Shown here: in pieces, positions 27,515-41,085 of the stretch
Layout: each line of letters starts with the position of its first letter
Position numbering within the stretch: position 1 is the first letter of the stretch
Assembly: GCA_002269645.1 (NCBI GenBank)
Contig: NIVC01003482.1
Location: forward strand, 1-64,000
Direction: 5' to 3'
DNA: 64,000 nucleotides
DNA from: Macrostomum lignano
Taxonomy: Eukaryota
Translations under genes and position numbers: made by a program
Notes under the pieces: model-generated
What the model saw: only the letters and a program-made list of their open reading frames with translations
Database searches by the model: none
Told to the model about the DNA's origin: nothing

Positions 27515-27637
27515 TTGCGTAGTAGGTAAGGGGCTGAAATAATGGCCATAGACACTCGTGCGCTACGCAATCTAAAAACACGAGTGCTACTCGCACTCGT
27601 GTTTGGCCATTATTTCAGCCCCTTACCTACTACGCAA
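27515..27637. mobile_element. 123-bp MITE-like hairpin with perfect 34-bp inverted repeats
   Basis: TTGCGTAGTAGGTAAGGGGCTGAAATAATGGCCA (27515-27548) and its exact reverse complement (27604-27637). Confidence 0.7.
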
Positions 27638-28991
27638 CGTCATTGTCTATAAGACACAGCCTGGCCATTATTTCAGCGTGCCGGAAGCGGTCATTATTTC
27701 TGGGTAAGAGTCTGCGTGCGTGCGACTGCGTAAAGAGGGCGGTGGTTGGGCCATAGACTATAAATGAATAAGCTGATGATAGGCTTGAGCTGACGAGAAG
27801 TAGCTGAAATAATGGCCAGTTGAGTTTGTCATTACGCCAGGCTGTGTCTTCTGGACAATGACTGAGCGCTGAGTGAAAGTATAAATACAATGCTACGCGC
27901 ACTCGAGTTTTGGCCATTATTCAACTCAGTTGCATACTATATAATCTACCACTGTATGAATAGTGGGAAGAATTCCATGCATTGAGACTATTAAGAGGTA
28001 ATATTAAACAGTTTATTATCTAATAAATTAATACAACAGATCCCACCATAGCTGGTGTAGAGGGTTTCGTGCAAAATCGATAACAGGTGCCAGGCGGTGC
28101 TTAGCCTTCGGTTTATTTTCGCTAGTTCTTGGGTTTTTTGAGTGTAGAAAATGCTTGAAGAAAATGCTGGCTTTGATACTGTGTATTTTTGGCTTTCCTG
28201 AAATTTATAGAATCGTTTTTGCTAAAAATCGATCATATAGATACCTACCTACCTACCGACAAACCAATTTTAGCATATGAAAATCGAATTCTATAGTTAG
28301 TTTATAGTACGTCCGTACGGTATTCATATTGCGTATGATCATAAATTACAGTAATTAAATATATGTTTGCCAGTCGTTGATTTTTTACGGGAACCGTCTA
28401 TCCATTTTTTTCAAATTAGCTTTCAAAATTGTTCATTTTTTTCGATCATGCATACAGTTTTGATGAAAAATTCGAATGGGAAGTGGGCCAACTATTCGAA
28501 AAACTATTTTTTATGCTTTTAATGGCGCTCTGTTTCACGATTTAATTCTTCAGTTCGACCATCTAGTTTCGCCTTGGTCAATTTACAGTGTAAAATGTAC
28601 ATTCACAATAAAGCTAAGGAGTTTACGACCCTTTGTGGCGTTGATTGAATTTTATCGCTTACCAACCAGTCTGATAGACGATGGATGAAAGAGTGGGTGC
28701 ATGGGGAGTTTAAAAGCTGGCCTGAAATTTAACAACCCCCTAAACTGCTCTGATCTTGTTTGTTTTGTTTCATTTTATGAATACAACACAAGGTGGCGAA
28801 GTTGCAGATGAGGGCAATAGCTAATGGGCCCAAATAATTCAAATTAATTTGGCGACTTGGTATATAAAATTTATACCATTGGAAGCGGGTCAAATATCCG
28901 AAAAACAAAGTTTTTAGCGCTTTCAGAGAATTTTTAATTTGAAGGCCCACCATCAGAGTCTTAGTGTCGTAGTGTGCTGCTTATATAGCTA

Positions 28992-29251
28992 CTCAGCATC
29001 ATCGAGAAGTCGCCATCACAGAAGATTCTGTCTGTGGTCGCCACTTTTGAGAGTGCAGGAGTCTCTCAATCTTTGCGGGTGACGTAACGCCGCGGCAGAC
29101 TTGAGTTGAGGAATGAAGTGGGGGATGTGCGAGGGCTTTGTTGGACGGATTAAAGCTACCCCAGTCAGTTTTCTCGTATCTTATATTTCAGAATAATCCA
29201 AGAGAAATTGCTCACTGGTGCATCGAGTGGCGACTTTTCAATGTTTCTGAG
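28992..29251. mobile_element. MITE with ~24-bp TIRs and TA flanks (copy 2)
   Basis: Homologous to 8169-8439; TA|CTCAG...CTGAG|TA. Confidence 0.75.
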
Positions 29252-29975
29252 TAAATATAAAATTTCGAACAGTAGAAAATTGATTTGGAAGTGGGTCAAC
29301 TATTTAAAAAAGACAATTTTTTATGCTTCCAATATTTGAATTCTGAAGTTTAATGCCCCCATGGGTGCTTAAAGGAACTATTTTTGTCATAAGTGATCGA
29401 TAAATTTTATTGTCTATGGTGTATCATCATACTTCATGCTTATATACTGTGCTGAATACTTTGTCAATATTAACATTCGAAAATACGGATCGAGGCGACT
29501 TTTATTATGTAAAAATATTTTATGTTGACGAAAAAAACTTCGGACAGAATGAAAAATCTGCAGAAACTGTCTTCGTTCATATGGACGTTGATAACGTACA
29601 TGTCAAGTATTTCAATCGGTAAGTACGTTCGCCCTCTTGAATTTAGGTAGATACCAAAATTTTAGTTTTCTTAGGATTATAATTTCATCTCCAAAGGGGT
29701 TTTTGAGGGTGCTGATTTTAAATTTGAGCTTCATTTTTATGTAGCTTCAACCTAACTGTATATAGCTTAAAGCCAAGGAAGCAAAAGCAAGGAACGGCGC
29801 GAATGGAGGCTTTTAGAGGGCCTTCTTCCACTTCAAGCGTCCTATAGTGAAGGCAATTATTCCGGAGTCCGTAATTTTTTTGGAATATGCTGTTATTGTT
29901 ATAAAATGACTTCAAGCACACTATAATTATACATGTTCACTGAGACGAGTTCGCATCTCAAATTGCATGTTCTCA

Positions 29976-30185
29976 GCCAGTTCAAGAAACGGGCAACGAC
30001 CGATTGTAGCCTCGGATGAAGATGATTTCAAGCCCGACGAGCATCAGCCTGAATCCAGCGATAAAATCATGCTGATCCTGGTTGCCGTTTTCCTTGGCGG
30101 TCCAATAGTGATCGCTCTGATCACTTGCGCCTTGGCCGTTTGTCTCTGTAAACTGCACGAGAATACCGACAAAGTCAGCGGTGTA
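29976..30185 (+). CDS. Exon encoding a single transmembrane segment (gene G, incomplete model)
   Basis: AG acceptor near 29975, acidic stalk, then IMLILVAVFLGGPIVIALITCALAVCLC with juxtamembrane Cys and GT donor(s) near 30181-30184. Candidate upstream exon ~29480-29618 and tail exon ~31340-31612 could not be phased with certainty. Confidence 0.45.
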
Positions 30186-32526
30186 AGCTCGAATCTTAAT
30201 CTTAATGAAATTTCACAAGCTGGACACTTCAAACGCCATGGAACTTGAATTGATCTCAGCCAGAAAATGAAACGTACATTTTAGCGCCATTTTGACTTCT
30301 GAGAGGGAGCATGACCCAAGAGGCACTTAACCGTCCCCTGAATAGATCCCAAATTACAGCTAAGAGATGCTCAATTAATTTCGGGGCATTGTCCTCCAAA
30401 CTGGTGGTGTGCCAGAGCAGTCATGTCTTACAAACGAGCGATCTCAGGGTGAGAACAGGTACATGTACAGGCCAGGTAGGTTGATTTGGGGGGGCACCTC
30501 TGCCACACCACCAGTCTAGCTAACCATGGCTGATGTAAGGGACTCTTACCAGACTAATGCCGGAGCGGGGTCTTTTGCATCCGGGGATTCTGCAGTGTAC
30601 ATTTAACAGCTGCGCTAATTAATTAACATATGCACTTTACTCTCGCATCGTGTAGCTGAGTAATTACCAAACTCGTATGAAACGATTTCGGGTTTCTCTG
30701 CTGGGGGATGGGACTGGGGTTGGCTTTTAATGACTTTGCGAATTAACCTGCGTAGAGATCGAACAGTGACTTGGGGAGTTAACAAGATTATGATAGCTAT
30801 AGGGTTGTTCCATTCCAAATGACGGAAAATCTGGGAAGCGTGATACCGCGTGAACAACGTAGCCTTGAACTGCCTTTGACAAGCAAGCAAATGACGAATG
30901 ACGTCATCTGCCTGCGCTGTGATTGGCTAGAAATAACGAGGTTATAGGTCAAGACCGATCAGAGGGGGTTGCGCAACTATTCACATGGCAAAATGCGACT
31001 GGCTTACAGATATAGAGTTCTAAATGGAGGGGATCGTTTCATATACATGTAAGACCGAAGTTCACAACGCCGAAAACTATACTGCATGATCTTTAATAAG
31101 TAACGATAAGTGTGTTGGGGTTGGTGTAAATAGAGTGGATGTAAAATGAGTAAGTGGGTGTTAAAGAGGTGGGCTGCAGGGTGTAAAATGATCGAGTGGG
31201 GTGGGTGGAGTTATCGTTGAGTTGTCGGGCGATTAGGTCTTGGGATCCTGGAGTTGGGACCATGCATTTCTTACTGTACTTCTTAATATTGAGAGGAGAT
31301 TGTTGCGGCCTTACTGCTGATATATCAATTTTAATAGATTCTACAGACTCATTTCACTCTGCCGATCGGGCATACCAATTCCAGACACCTCAGGCCAGCA
31401 CCCAGCCGCCGCAGCGAGTCGCCCTAATTCCACCAAAGCCAATAACGGAGAGTCCGAAAGCAGTTCAGCCGGGGAGCGTTCCTGAAGATGAGCAGTCTGC
31501 TAGTCAGAAGCCAGCTGATAATGTGCCACTTAATCCAGTGGGTTTTGCTGATAATTCTCAAAAGTTTGTGAAATTTTCTGCGGAGGAGAATGCGTCAAAA
31601 TCGGATAGCTAGCTGGAGAACTGAAAAGCAGCTTGCTGTTGGTCTACATGTAAATTGCGTAATGGTCTTCTGCAATAACAAAAGGTATTTAATTTGTCAT
31701 GCCTATATAACCTACGATGTAACTAAGCGCCTACAGGGCCTGTATTTTAAATTATTACCTAAAGTTTTTTTTAACACGTTAGTCTAATTATTTATAACCA
31801 TAAAAATGAATTTAGTAAAAAAATAAAAGCAAATATTTTTGCCCTATTTTGGACTTTCGTATTGTGAAATTTCATTTGTTTTTATTATTTTATAAACATA
31901 TAGCTAGCTAGGACATTATATAGATGGGGGCTCTAGATACATAAGATTGAGAAAGAAAAGATAGCGCGCACAGTCATCAGATTTAGCTATTGTAATATAC
32001 ACAAAAACATAAAAACAAAAAATGAGCTTATGTTTAAAATACACGTGACGTAATTTACTTAATCGTTGTTTCAGCAGGGTGCAATTAGAATAATTTTAAA
32101 ATAACGCAAATTATTAACGAAAACTATAGTATATTTCAATGAACAAAAACGTATTTCACAGTTATTTGAAGTTTGAACTAAAGTATAGTACTTCGTAAGC
32201 TACGAACGCTGCTAACAGTTCTACATATTTTTGTTTGACTGTACTTACATGGATACACTAATTGCGCGAGTTTAACTTCTTGATCCCATGCATTTAGACC
32301 TATATTAGTCATATACATTCCTTTTTCGACTGAATTCACTGAATTTCGACTGAAATATCTATAAAAATGGATTTATTTAGTATATTTTACAACGTCTCAT
32401 TATTGATAACATGCTTGGTGCACATTTCATCATTTTCGGGTAAATTTTACTGTAGCCTACGGTAACTAAAAATATTATAATATTTGTATCTTTAGACTCT
32501 ATTTAGTTAAGCGTTTATTTAAAAGC

Positions 32527-33732
32527 ATGTTAAATTCCGGTTTATTGACTATATGGCTAACTCAAGTAATTCTCGTTTACTTTCGTTTACTTCGAAGTAA
32601 TTATCGTGATATTGTGCCTACACTAACTTAAAGAGTATATTATTGTTCAAGTAAAGGATATATATAAAATCCTGTCAAGCTAAAAAAGAACACAAAATAA
32701 TTAAATACCACTAGATAGATATAATTGCCTTACTGTAGGTATAAATAATTGCTGTACAATTATTAAATGTTAACCAGTTGATAGTTAAACAAACTCTTCT
32801 AAATTTATCTCTCCATTCAGTGGCTGCTCAGAAGGAGAAGCTTGAAGTTGAGGAGCCTCGACTTGAAGGCGAAGACCGGCATATTGGACACGGAAGGCAC
32901 CAATCTGGCGGCCATCATCGCGCTCGGGTGAGGTACTCCAGCAGCTATCGTGTGCCGCCACAACTGCTCCAAAGGAAGGGGTGAGTGCGAAAATTTAAGG
33001 GGCTGCTATAATTAACGTGTAGGTTAAAAGGATGCTATTAGAAGCAGGGCGCATCCTTGCAATGCAGACAATGGAGACGATGTCCTTACTGAGCATCCCA
33101 ATCCTGAACTAAGCATCCCCTTCCTTACGTTTTCTCCTAAAAAATTTTTGACAATCAATCTTCCAATCACCAGCGGAATCGATTTAGCTAACAAGACGCA
33201 CCTGATCGAGACCGACAGCGTGCTAATAATCTACCAGTTAAGACGCCTGATTTACAATCGGAGCACAGAAAATCTTGCCGTTTGCGCTGGCCCAGCAACT
33301 GGTCCCAGTTTGTCTTCGAATCGGACTCAATCGTTCAACTATTTTGCCTGCCCAACAGAAATTGGAGGTACCAAATTAACCAACTCTGTTAACGACGAAC
33401 GATCAGACGTGGCTTCATATTGCTGCGGCTCCGCACCGTCGCAGACTTGCTGCGACAAAGAGACATTCTATCGGACCTATGGTCATCCAGTACCTCCTTC
33501 GATGGTTGTCATTGGCGTCTCTGCCGCTGCTGGGATGATTGTATTAGCATTGCTCACTGCAGTTTTGTTCTGCATCAAACGACCAATTCGAAGGGACTCA
33601 ACGGTTAGCAAAGTTAATAAAAAAGCAGCAAAGTCGGATTTCGCTGGGACACCGCTGATTCTTACTGCGGGCCCGTTGACGGACAGCCTCGGCTCGGTCT
33701 ATGCGACAAGTCAGCAGTGCCCGGCAGACTAG
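32527..33732 (+). CDS. STMC6/Shisa-like single-pass membrane protein, paralog H (262 aa, 3 exons)
   Basis: Exons 32527-32596 (MLNSGLLTIWLTQVILVYFRLLR, phase 1; weaker donor GTAATT), 32821-32980 (ends QRKG, phase-2 GTGAGT), 33174-33732 (C..YFACP..ASYCCG..QTCC, TM, tail). 789 nt, in frame. Confidence 0.75.
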
Positions 33733-33874
33733 CCCGCTGTCTCACATGTTGACTAATATAGTGATATAACCAATTCGTTGTCTACAGAAATGTACATAAA
33801 CCAAGTGCTACACTGCGTTCAATTACGTCAATCGTAAAACGGAAGTGTGCACAGAGAGGGGGATTCAAGGAGAC

Positions 33875-34240
33875 ACTACAACCTAGTAGATAGAGACTAC
33901 AAACTAATAGATAGAGACTACAACCTAGTAGATAGAGACTAAAACCTAATAGATAGAGACTACAATCTAGTAGATAGAGACTAAAACCTAATAGATAGAG
34001 ACTACAACCTAGTAGATAGAGACTACAATCTAGTAGATCGAGGCGCCAGCATAAGAGATAGGGGCGTCAACCTATTAGATATAGGCACCAGAATGAGAGA
34101 TAGGGGCGTCAACCTATTATATATAGGCGCCAGAATGAGAGATAGGGGCGTCAACCTATTAGATATAGGCGCCAACATGGGAGATAGAGGCGCCAAAATG
34201 AGAGATAGTGGCGCCAACGTGGGAGATAGTAGCGCCAAAG
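33875..34240. repeat. Adjacent ~21-bp (TAGATAGAGACTACAACCTAG) and ~42-bp GGCGCC-containing minisatellites
   Basis: Directly visible tandem units. Confidence 0.85.
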
Positions 34241-34947
34241 GCCTATTAGTTGATTTATCCATTAAAAATAACTTAGTCAATGAAATGTCTGTTCTTAGCT
34301 ATATTAACTGTCGTAAAAGTGAACTCACTTGCATTTTAATTTACAGTTATTGATTGCTATTGTGATTATAATGAGCTTGTTTAATTTTATCAACTGCGAT
34401 ACATTTTGTACTTTTGTACTCTATAGAAACTCGAAAAAATGCTCTTGTATTTGTAATACTGTATGTAAAAGTTTAATTAATTGTGGCTAATAAAAAGCAT
34501 TCAAGTTAAAATCAAATTGCAGCAGAACTTTAGCATATTCATCTAAATCTTCGATTGCGAAAGCTGGAGTTGCCATGCAAGCTTGAGTTAGTGGTAAAGC
34601 AAAACAGCTATCTGAGACAAAGCTTGAGTACATTTTATCTTGCTGCAGGAGAGCTGTTATCTACCTGTGCCGTGGTGAGAACACAAGCATTAGGGCCGCG
34701 ATTGCAGAGTCCATATACTTGCCTTCTATGAAGAGAATGGAAAGGTTTTTATTTCATGATTTTATCTTTCTACCTAAAGCTAGTTTAACAATCATACGTC
34801 AAACTTTGTTTATAATGCAAAACCCAGAAACCATGCACTATTTTAAGTAGCGCTGTAGAGGCACGAAAATTATAATGTTACGTATTGGGTATGGCCATTG
34901 CCCAATTCTCTATCTACGAGGTGTATTAAAAAATTAGTGTCCGTGTC

Positions 34948-35157
34948 CTTAACTCTGCATTGTTTCAGTTCACCCAGCTGTAAAATGGGTGCCAGCATTA
35001 GCTGGGGTAATTGAGGGTGTGTGTGGCGACCCCACAGTCCATTGACTGAACAGCCGTACGCAGCCTTCAGATGCGCCGCGCAATAGCTGCGGCTGAGCTG
35101 TCGGTTGCACATCTGACCCAATTGGGGCAGGTGTAATCAATTATTATTATTATTATT
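34948..35157 (+). mobile_element. CORE-like SINE family 1, 5'-truncated copy 3
   Basis: Close match to 3340-3550, including the (ATT)n tail. Confidence 0.8.
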
Positions 35158-35239
35158 CAAAAAGTTCTTTTCGGTGCCCTACAAAACTGAACACAAACAA
35201 CTGGAACTATGAAAACACAGTTAGATTGTTTAACATGAT

Positions 35240-36099
35240 ACTGTCACTCAACATATTCACCACCAATGTCTTCACTTCTGCCAGCGATGTACCAGACCTC
35301 TGGTCCGGAACTCACGCCACTCGCGTCCGTTAGGGCGAACAGCTTGATTGCAAGCAGCGTCGATGTGCTCGACGCTGTCGAATCGAATGCCCTGAAGGTG
35401 CCTCTTCACAGATGGAAATAAGAAAAAGTCACACGGCGACAAATCAGGCGACTAAGGTGGATGTTGGAGCACTTCCCAGCCCCATTTGCTCAGGAGTTCC
35501 ACGACGTTGTGCTTGCGATGTGCTGGCGCATTGTCGTGCAGCAGGATCACGCCAGATTCCAGCAGACCAGGGCGCTTCTTTCGTATTGCTGGGCGCAACT
35601 TCTCCTGCAGAATCCACTTGTAGTAGTCCTTGTGGGACTGCCCAGTTCAGCAGGATTCCTTGGGAATCAAGAAACATGAAGTGCATGATCTTCAGCGCAC
35701 CCAGGCTTCCTGGTGGCCTTCTGAGGTCTTGGGAGAATGTGCTGGAAGCCATTCGGCAGACTGGGCCTTTGTCTCAGGATCTCAGCTGTAAACCCACGTC
35801 TCGTCTCCAGCAGCAATTCTCGATGGAAAATCCTCCCCTTCACGATGGAACCGACGCAGGTGGCTGCTTGAAGCCAGAGTTCGCTGCATCTTTTGCTCAC
35901 CTGTCAGCAGGTGTGGCGCCCACTTGCAAAACTTTTTCTGCAGGTGATGACAGTACCATTTTCGGACTGTCTGCTCAGCTAGTGCACAGTTGCCAAGCAC
36001 TTGCTGAAGCTCCCTAAACATATCCGACGGCTTTTTTCCTTGCAGAAACTGAAACGTCATCAAGCTTTGAACGTCTAGTTTTGAAAATGATTCAGCCAT
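35240..36099 (-). mobile_element. mariner (DD34D) transposase pseudogene with internal deletion
   Basis: Minus frames give MAESF..FLQGKKP..EQTVRKWY (HTH), KWAPHLL (WVPHEL-like), AGDETWVYS*DPETK, LLHDNAPAH, HPP*SPDLSPCDFFLF (YSPDL with Y->stop). About 60 codons are missing after the HTH; TIRs not resolved. Confidence 0.92.
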
Positions 36100-36225
36100 G
36101 GCCAAAAACTTGAGTGGTAGCTGACCGAAAGGTTGCTGCTCGAACATAGTTGCAAACTGAGGCTTAAAACCTAAGAACGTTTAGGCCATAGACATAACTG
36201 GTAAAATCGCTAAAATTCTGTTTAC

Positions 36226-37550
<1,325 letters not shown>

Positions 37551-37570
37551 ATACATAATATTAGTAATAG

Positions 37571-38451
37571 ATATATTTTTAATTTTGTCTTTCCAAGCTC
37601 CATGTGTGTGTTAGACTGGTCATGCAGCCCAGGGCAACCGCACAAACAGCCGCTGATTGCTAATTTAATTTGCGGCCATATACGCAATTTGGGGGGGCGG
37701 CTATCAAAACATGAGCCAAAGAAAATTTCTCTTCCAGTCAGATGGTTTTTCTGACCATCGCTGGGGACCTCACTAATTAATACTGCGGGGGTATAGGATG
37801 GCCGCACTTTGCCAATAACAACGTTTGGACATTGCTGCTGGACAAGAAAGTGCATCCTCAGATGCAAGTGCACCGGATGACATTTTAAGCAACGCATATT
37901 GATCAGTAACCAATGCTTTTGGATAACTATAAATATCCCGTGCAAGGCTCCGACGTTAGTTAAAGCTTCTAAAACATTTTTGGTATCGAAATTTTTTAAT
38001 TAAAAGCGCATTCAAAATAAACTTATTCAGACACAAACGTGAAAAGTAGTGGCGTGCAAAACATTCGTTTTAATTTTAAACAATATATACAAAATTTGTT
38101 TTACGAGAAGTCACTCGATACAAAATTGAGTGACGATTCATATTTAAACAATAGGGGAAATCTTGCGTGACGTTGGTGCTATGGTGACTCGAAATTGATT
38201 TCACGGCAGTTTTGAACGCAACTACGAGTATGTCAAATAGCGGAGATGAAAGGGTAAAGTTTTTTATCACTAGTTATACCTATCACAATTATTGTTTGCT
38301 GAGCGACGCTTGAGAATACAATGGAGTGGCCATCGAATAATACTAGAAACATACTAGGACTTTTCCATCACATCAGCCTACTGCATAGCAAAAGCAAGTG
38401 GAACGAATCCCATTGGCTCAAGCAGATGAGCCAATGAATTACAAACTAACT
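37571..38451. repeat. 881-bp direct duplication, left copy (right copy 46430-47310)
   Basis: Identical by inspection (the ORF track also gives identical peptides), offset 8859 bp; each copy is preceded by (TATC)n. Confidence 0.92.
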
Positions 38452-39423
38452 GTGCAGGGGCTGTGCAGGCGGCGATCTGTGACCAGACGCCGCCAACTGC
38501 GACTAGTGGCCTGCCTGGCTACTTCAAATAACTGCTTACCAGTACGTCTCTACTACGACTACGCCTACGACTGTTCTACTACTACTCTACTAATACTTGT
38601 ACTACTACTACTTCCATTACTACTACTACGAGCTACTACTGCAACTACTAGTGCTACTACTACTGATAATCTAGCCTCAACTGATCTGCAGTGCCCAGTC
38701 GCCTGTGACCAGGGGCTGTGCAGGCGGCGATCTGTGACCAGACGCCGCCAACTGCGACTAGTGGCCTGCCTGGCTACTTCAAATAACTGCTTACCAGTAC
38801 GTCTCTACTACGACTACGCCTACGACTGCTCTACTACTACTCTACTAATACTTGTACTACTACTACTTCCATTACTACTACTACGAGCTACTACTGCAAC
38901 TACTAGTGCTACTACTACTGATAATCTAGCCTCAACTGATCTGCAGTGCCCAGTCGCCTGTGACCAGGGGCTGTGCAGGCGGCGATCTGTGACCAGACGC
39001 CGCCAACTGCAACTTGTGGCCTGCCTGGCGACTCAATTTATTTACTGTTTATGTAATAACATCTATTTACTTGCACTTCTTTTTGAAAAGTTCTCAGTGC
39101 TCTGTTTTAATTTAATATTTGTTCTCAATTCTACGGGCGTAAATAACTTATTTGTTGAACTTTTCAAGATGCTTATTCATACACTTCTACGCTCTAAATC
39201 TGTTTTTCTATAGCACCTAACATCTTTAATATTTTTTGTGCAAGGCTTTAAGCTGCCAATCTTTAACCAATCAGCGTGCTTCAACTCACGTTTTTAACTA
39301 ATTATACGTACACATCTTTACTCAACACTGCTCAGTGCACCCCCAAAAGTAGCATATATATATATTGAAATTATGTTACAATAACTTCACTGCCAATATA
39401 TTTGTTTTTAAACCCGAATAAAT

Positions 39424-39464
39424 AAACCCTGACGAAGGCCCAGTCTGGGCCGAAATATCGGTTT
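39424..39464 (+). ncRNA. Minimal type I hammerhead ribozyme (copy 1)
   Basis: AAACC-CUGACGA-A-GGCCC(AGUCU)GGGCC-GAA-AUAU-C/GGUUU: stem I AAACC:GGUUU, intact core, stem II hairpin, palindromic AUAU in place of stem III; predicted cleavage after C39459. Confidence 0.85.
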
Positions 39465-39535
39465 TTTTCGAACATTCGACAACTGGTAACCTTCAATATC
39501 TTCCGAGTGCGTGGTTTGCAGTTTCAAACTGCCTT

Positions 39536-40834
39536 ATGAATATCTGTACCCAGGACCGGACTATTATTGAGGCTCGCCATGTTTGTCAACAAAATATCTT
39601 CGTATACGAGCTATTCTCCGCCAAAAATCTACTTGGGATAAGCAAGAGTACTATTTCTGCAGCTGAATATTTAAGACGCACGACACTACTACGACTACGG
39701 CTACGACTACGACTGTACTACTACTACTCTACTACCACTACTACTACTACTGCAACTACTAGTGCTACTACTACTGAAAATCTAGCTTCAACTGATCCGC
39801 AGTGCCCAGTCGCCTGTGACCAGGGGCTGTGCAGGCGGCGATCTGTGACCAGACGCCGCCAACTGCGACTAGTGGCCTGCCTGGCTACTTCAAATAACTG
39901 CTTACCAGTACGTCTCTACTACGACTACGCCTACGACTGCTCTACTACTACTCTACTAATACTTGTACTACTACTACTTCCATTACTACTACTACGAGCT
40001 ACTACTGCAACTACTAGTGCTACTACTACTGATAATCTAGCCTCAACTGATCTGCAGTGCCCAGTCGCCTGTGACCAGGGGCTGTGCAGGCGGCGATCTG
40101 TGACCAGACGCCGCCAACTGCGACTAGTGGCCTGCCTGGCTACTTCAAATAACTGCTTACCAGTACGTCTCTACTACGACTACGCCTACGACTGTTCTAC
40201 TACTACTCTACTAATACTTGTACTACTACTACTTCCATTACTACTACTACGAGCTACTACTGCAACTACTAGTGCTACTACTACTGATAATCTAGCCTCA
40301 ACTGATCTGCAGTGCCCAGTCGCCTGTGACCAGGGGCTGTGCAGGCGGCGATCTGTGACCAGACGCCGCCAACTGCGACTAGTGGCCTGCCTGGCTACTT
40401 CAAATAACTGCTTACCAGTACGTCTCTACTACGACTACGCCTACGACTGCTCTACTACTACTCTACTAATACTTGTACTACTACTACTTCCATTACTACT
40501 ACTACGAGCTACTACTGCAACTACTAGTGCTACTACTACTGATAATCTAGCCTCAACTGATCTGCAGTGCCCAGTCGCCTGTGACCAGGGGCTGTGCAGG
40601 CGGCGATCTGTGACCAGACGCCGCCAACTGCAACTTGTGGCCTGCCTGGCGACTCAATTTATTTACTGTTTATGTAATAACATCTATTTACTTGCACTTC
40701 TTTTTGAAAAGTTCTCAGTGCTCTGTTTTAATTTAATATTTGTTCTCAATTCTACGGGCGTAAATAACTTATTTGTTGAACTTTTCAAGATGCTTATTCA
40801 TACACTTCTACGCTCTAAATCTGTTTTTCTATAG
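39536..40834 (+). other. 432-codon ORF inside the ribozyme-bounded monomer (identical copies at 41157, 42778, 44399); coding status unknown
   Basis: ATG to TAG, runs through three in-frame 85-aa repeats; no recognisable family. Confidence 0.3.
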
Positions 40835-41044
40835 CACCTAACATCTTTAATATTTTTTGTGCAAGGCTTTAAGCTGCCAATCTTTAACCAATCAGCGTGC
40901 TTCAACTCACGTTTTTAACTAATTATACGTACACATCTTTACTCAACACTGCTCAGTGCACCCCCAAAAGTAGCATATATATATATTGAAATTATGTTAC
41001 AATAACTTCACTGCCAATATATTTGTTTTTAAACCCGAATAAAT

Positions 41045-41085
41045 AAACCCTGACGAAGGCCCAGTCTGGGCCGAAATATCGGTTT
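41045..41085 (+). ncRNA. Minimal type I hammerhead ribozyme (copy 2)
   Basis: Identical to copy 1, +1621 bp. Confidence 0.85.

Noticed and set aside
27020-27830. Other CTGANGA motifs (27023, 27790; also 56101) as hammerheads
   Set aside because: No properly closed stem II followed by GAAA and a matching stem I.
39550-39600. DRTIIEARHV as a remnant of the Penelope GIY-YIG C-terminal helix
   Set aside because: The resemblance is too short, and no GIY/YIG or RT motifs occur in any frame I could read; it needs a profile search.
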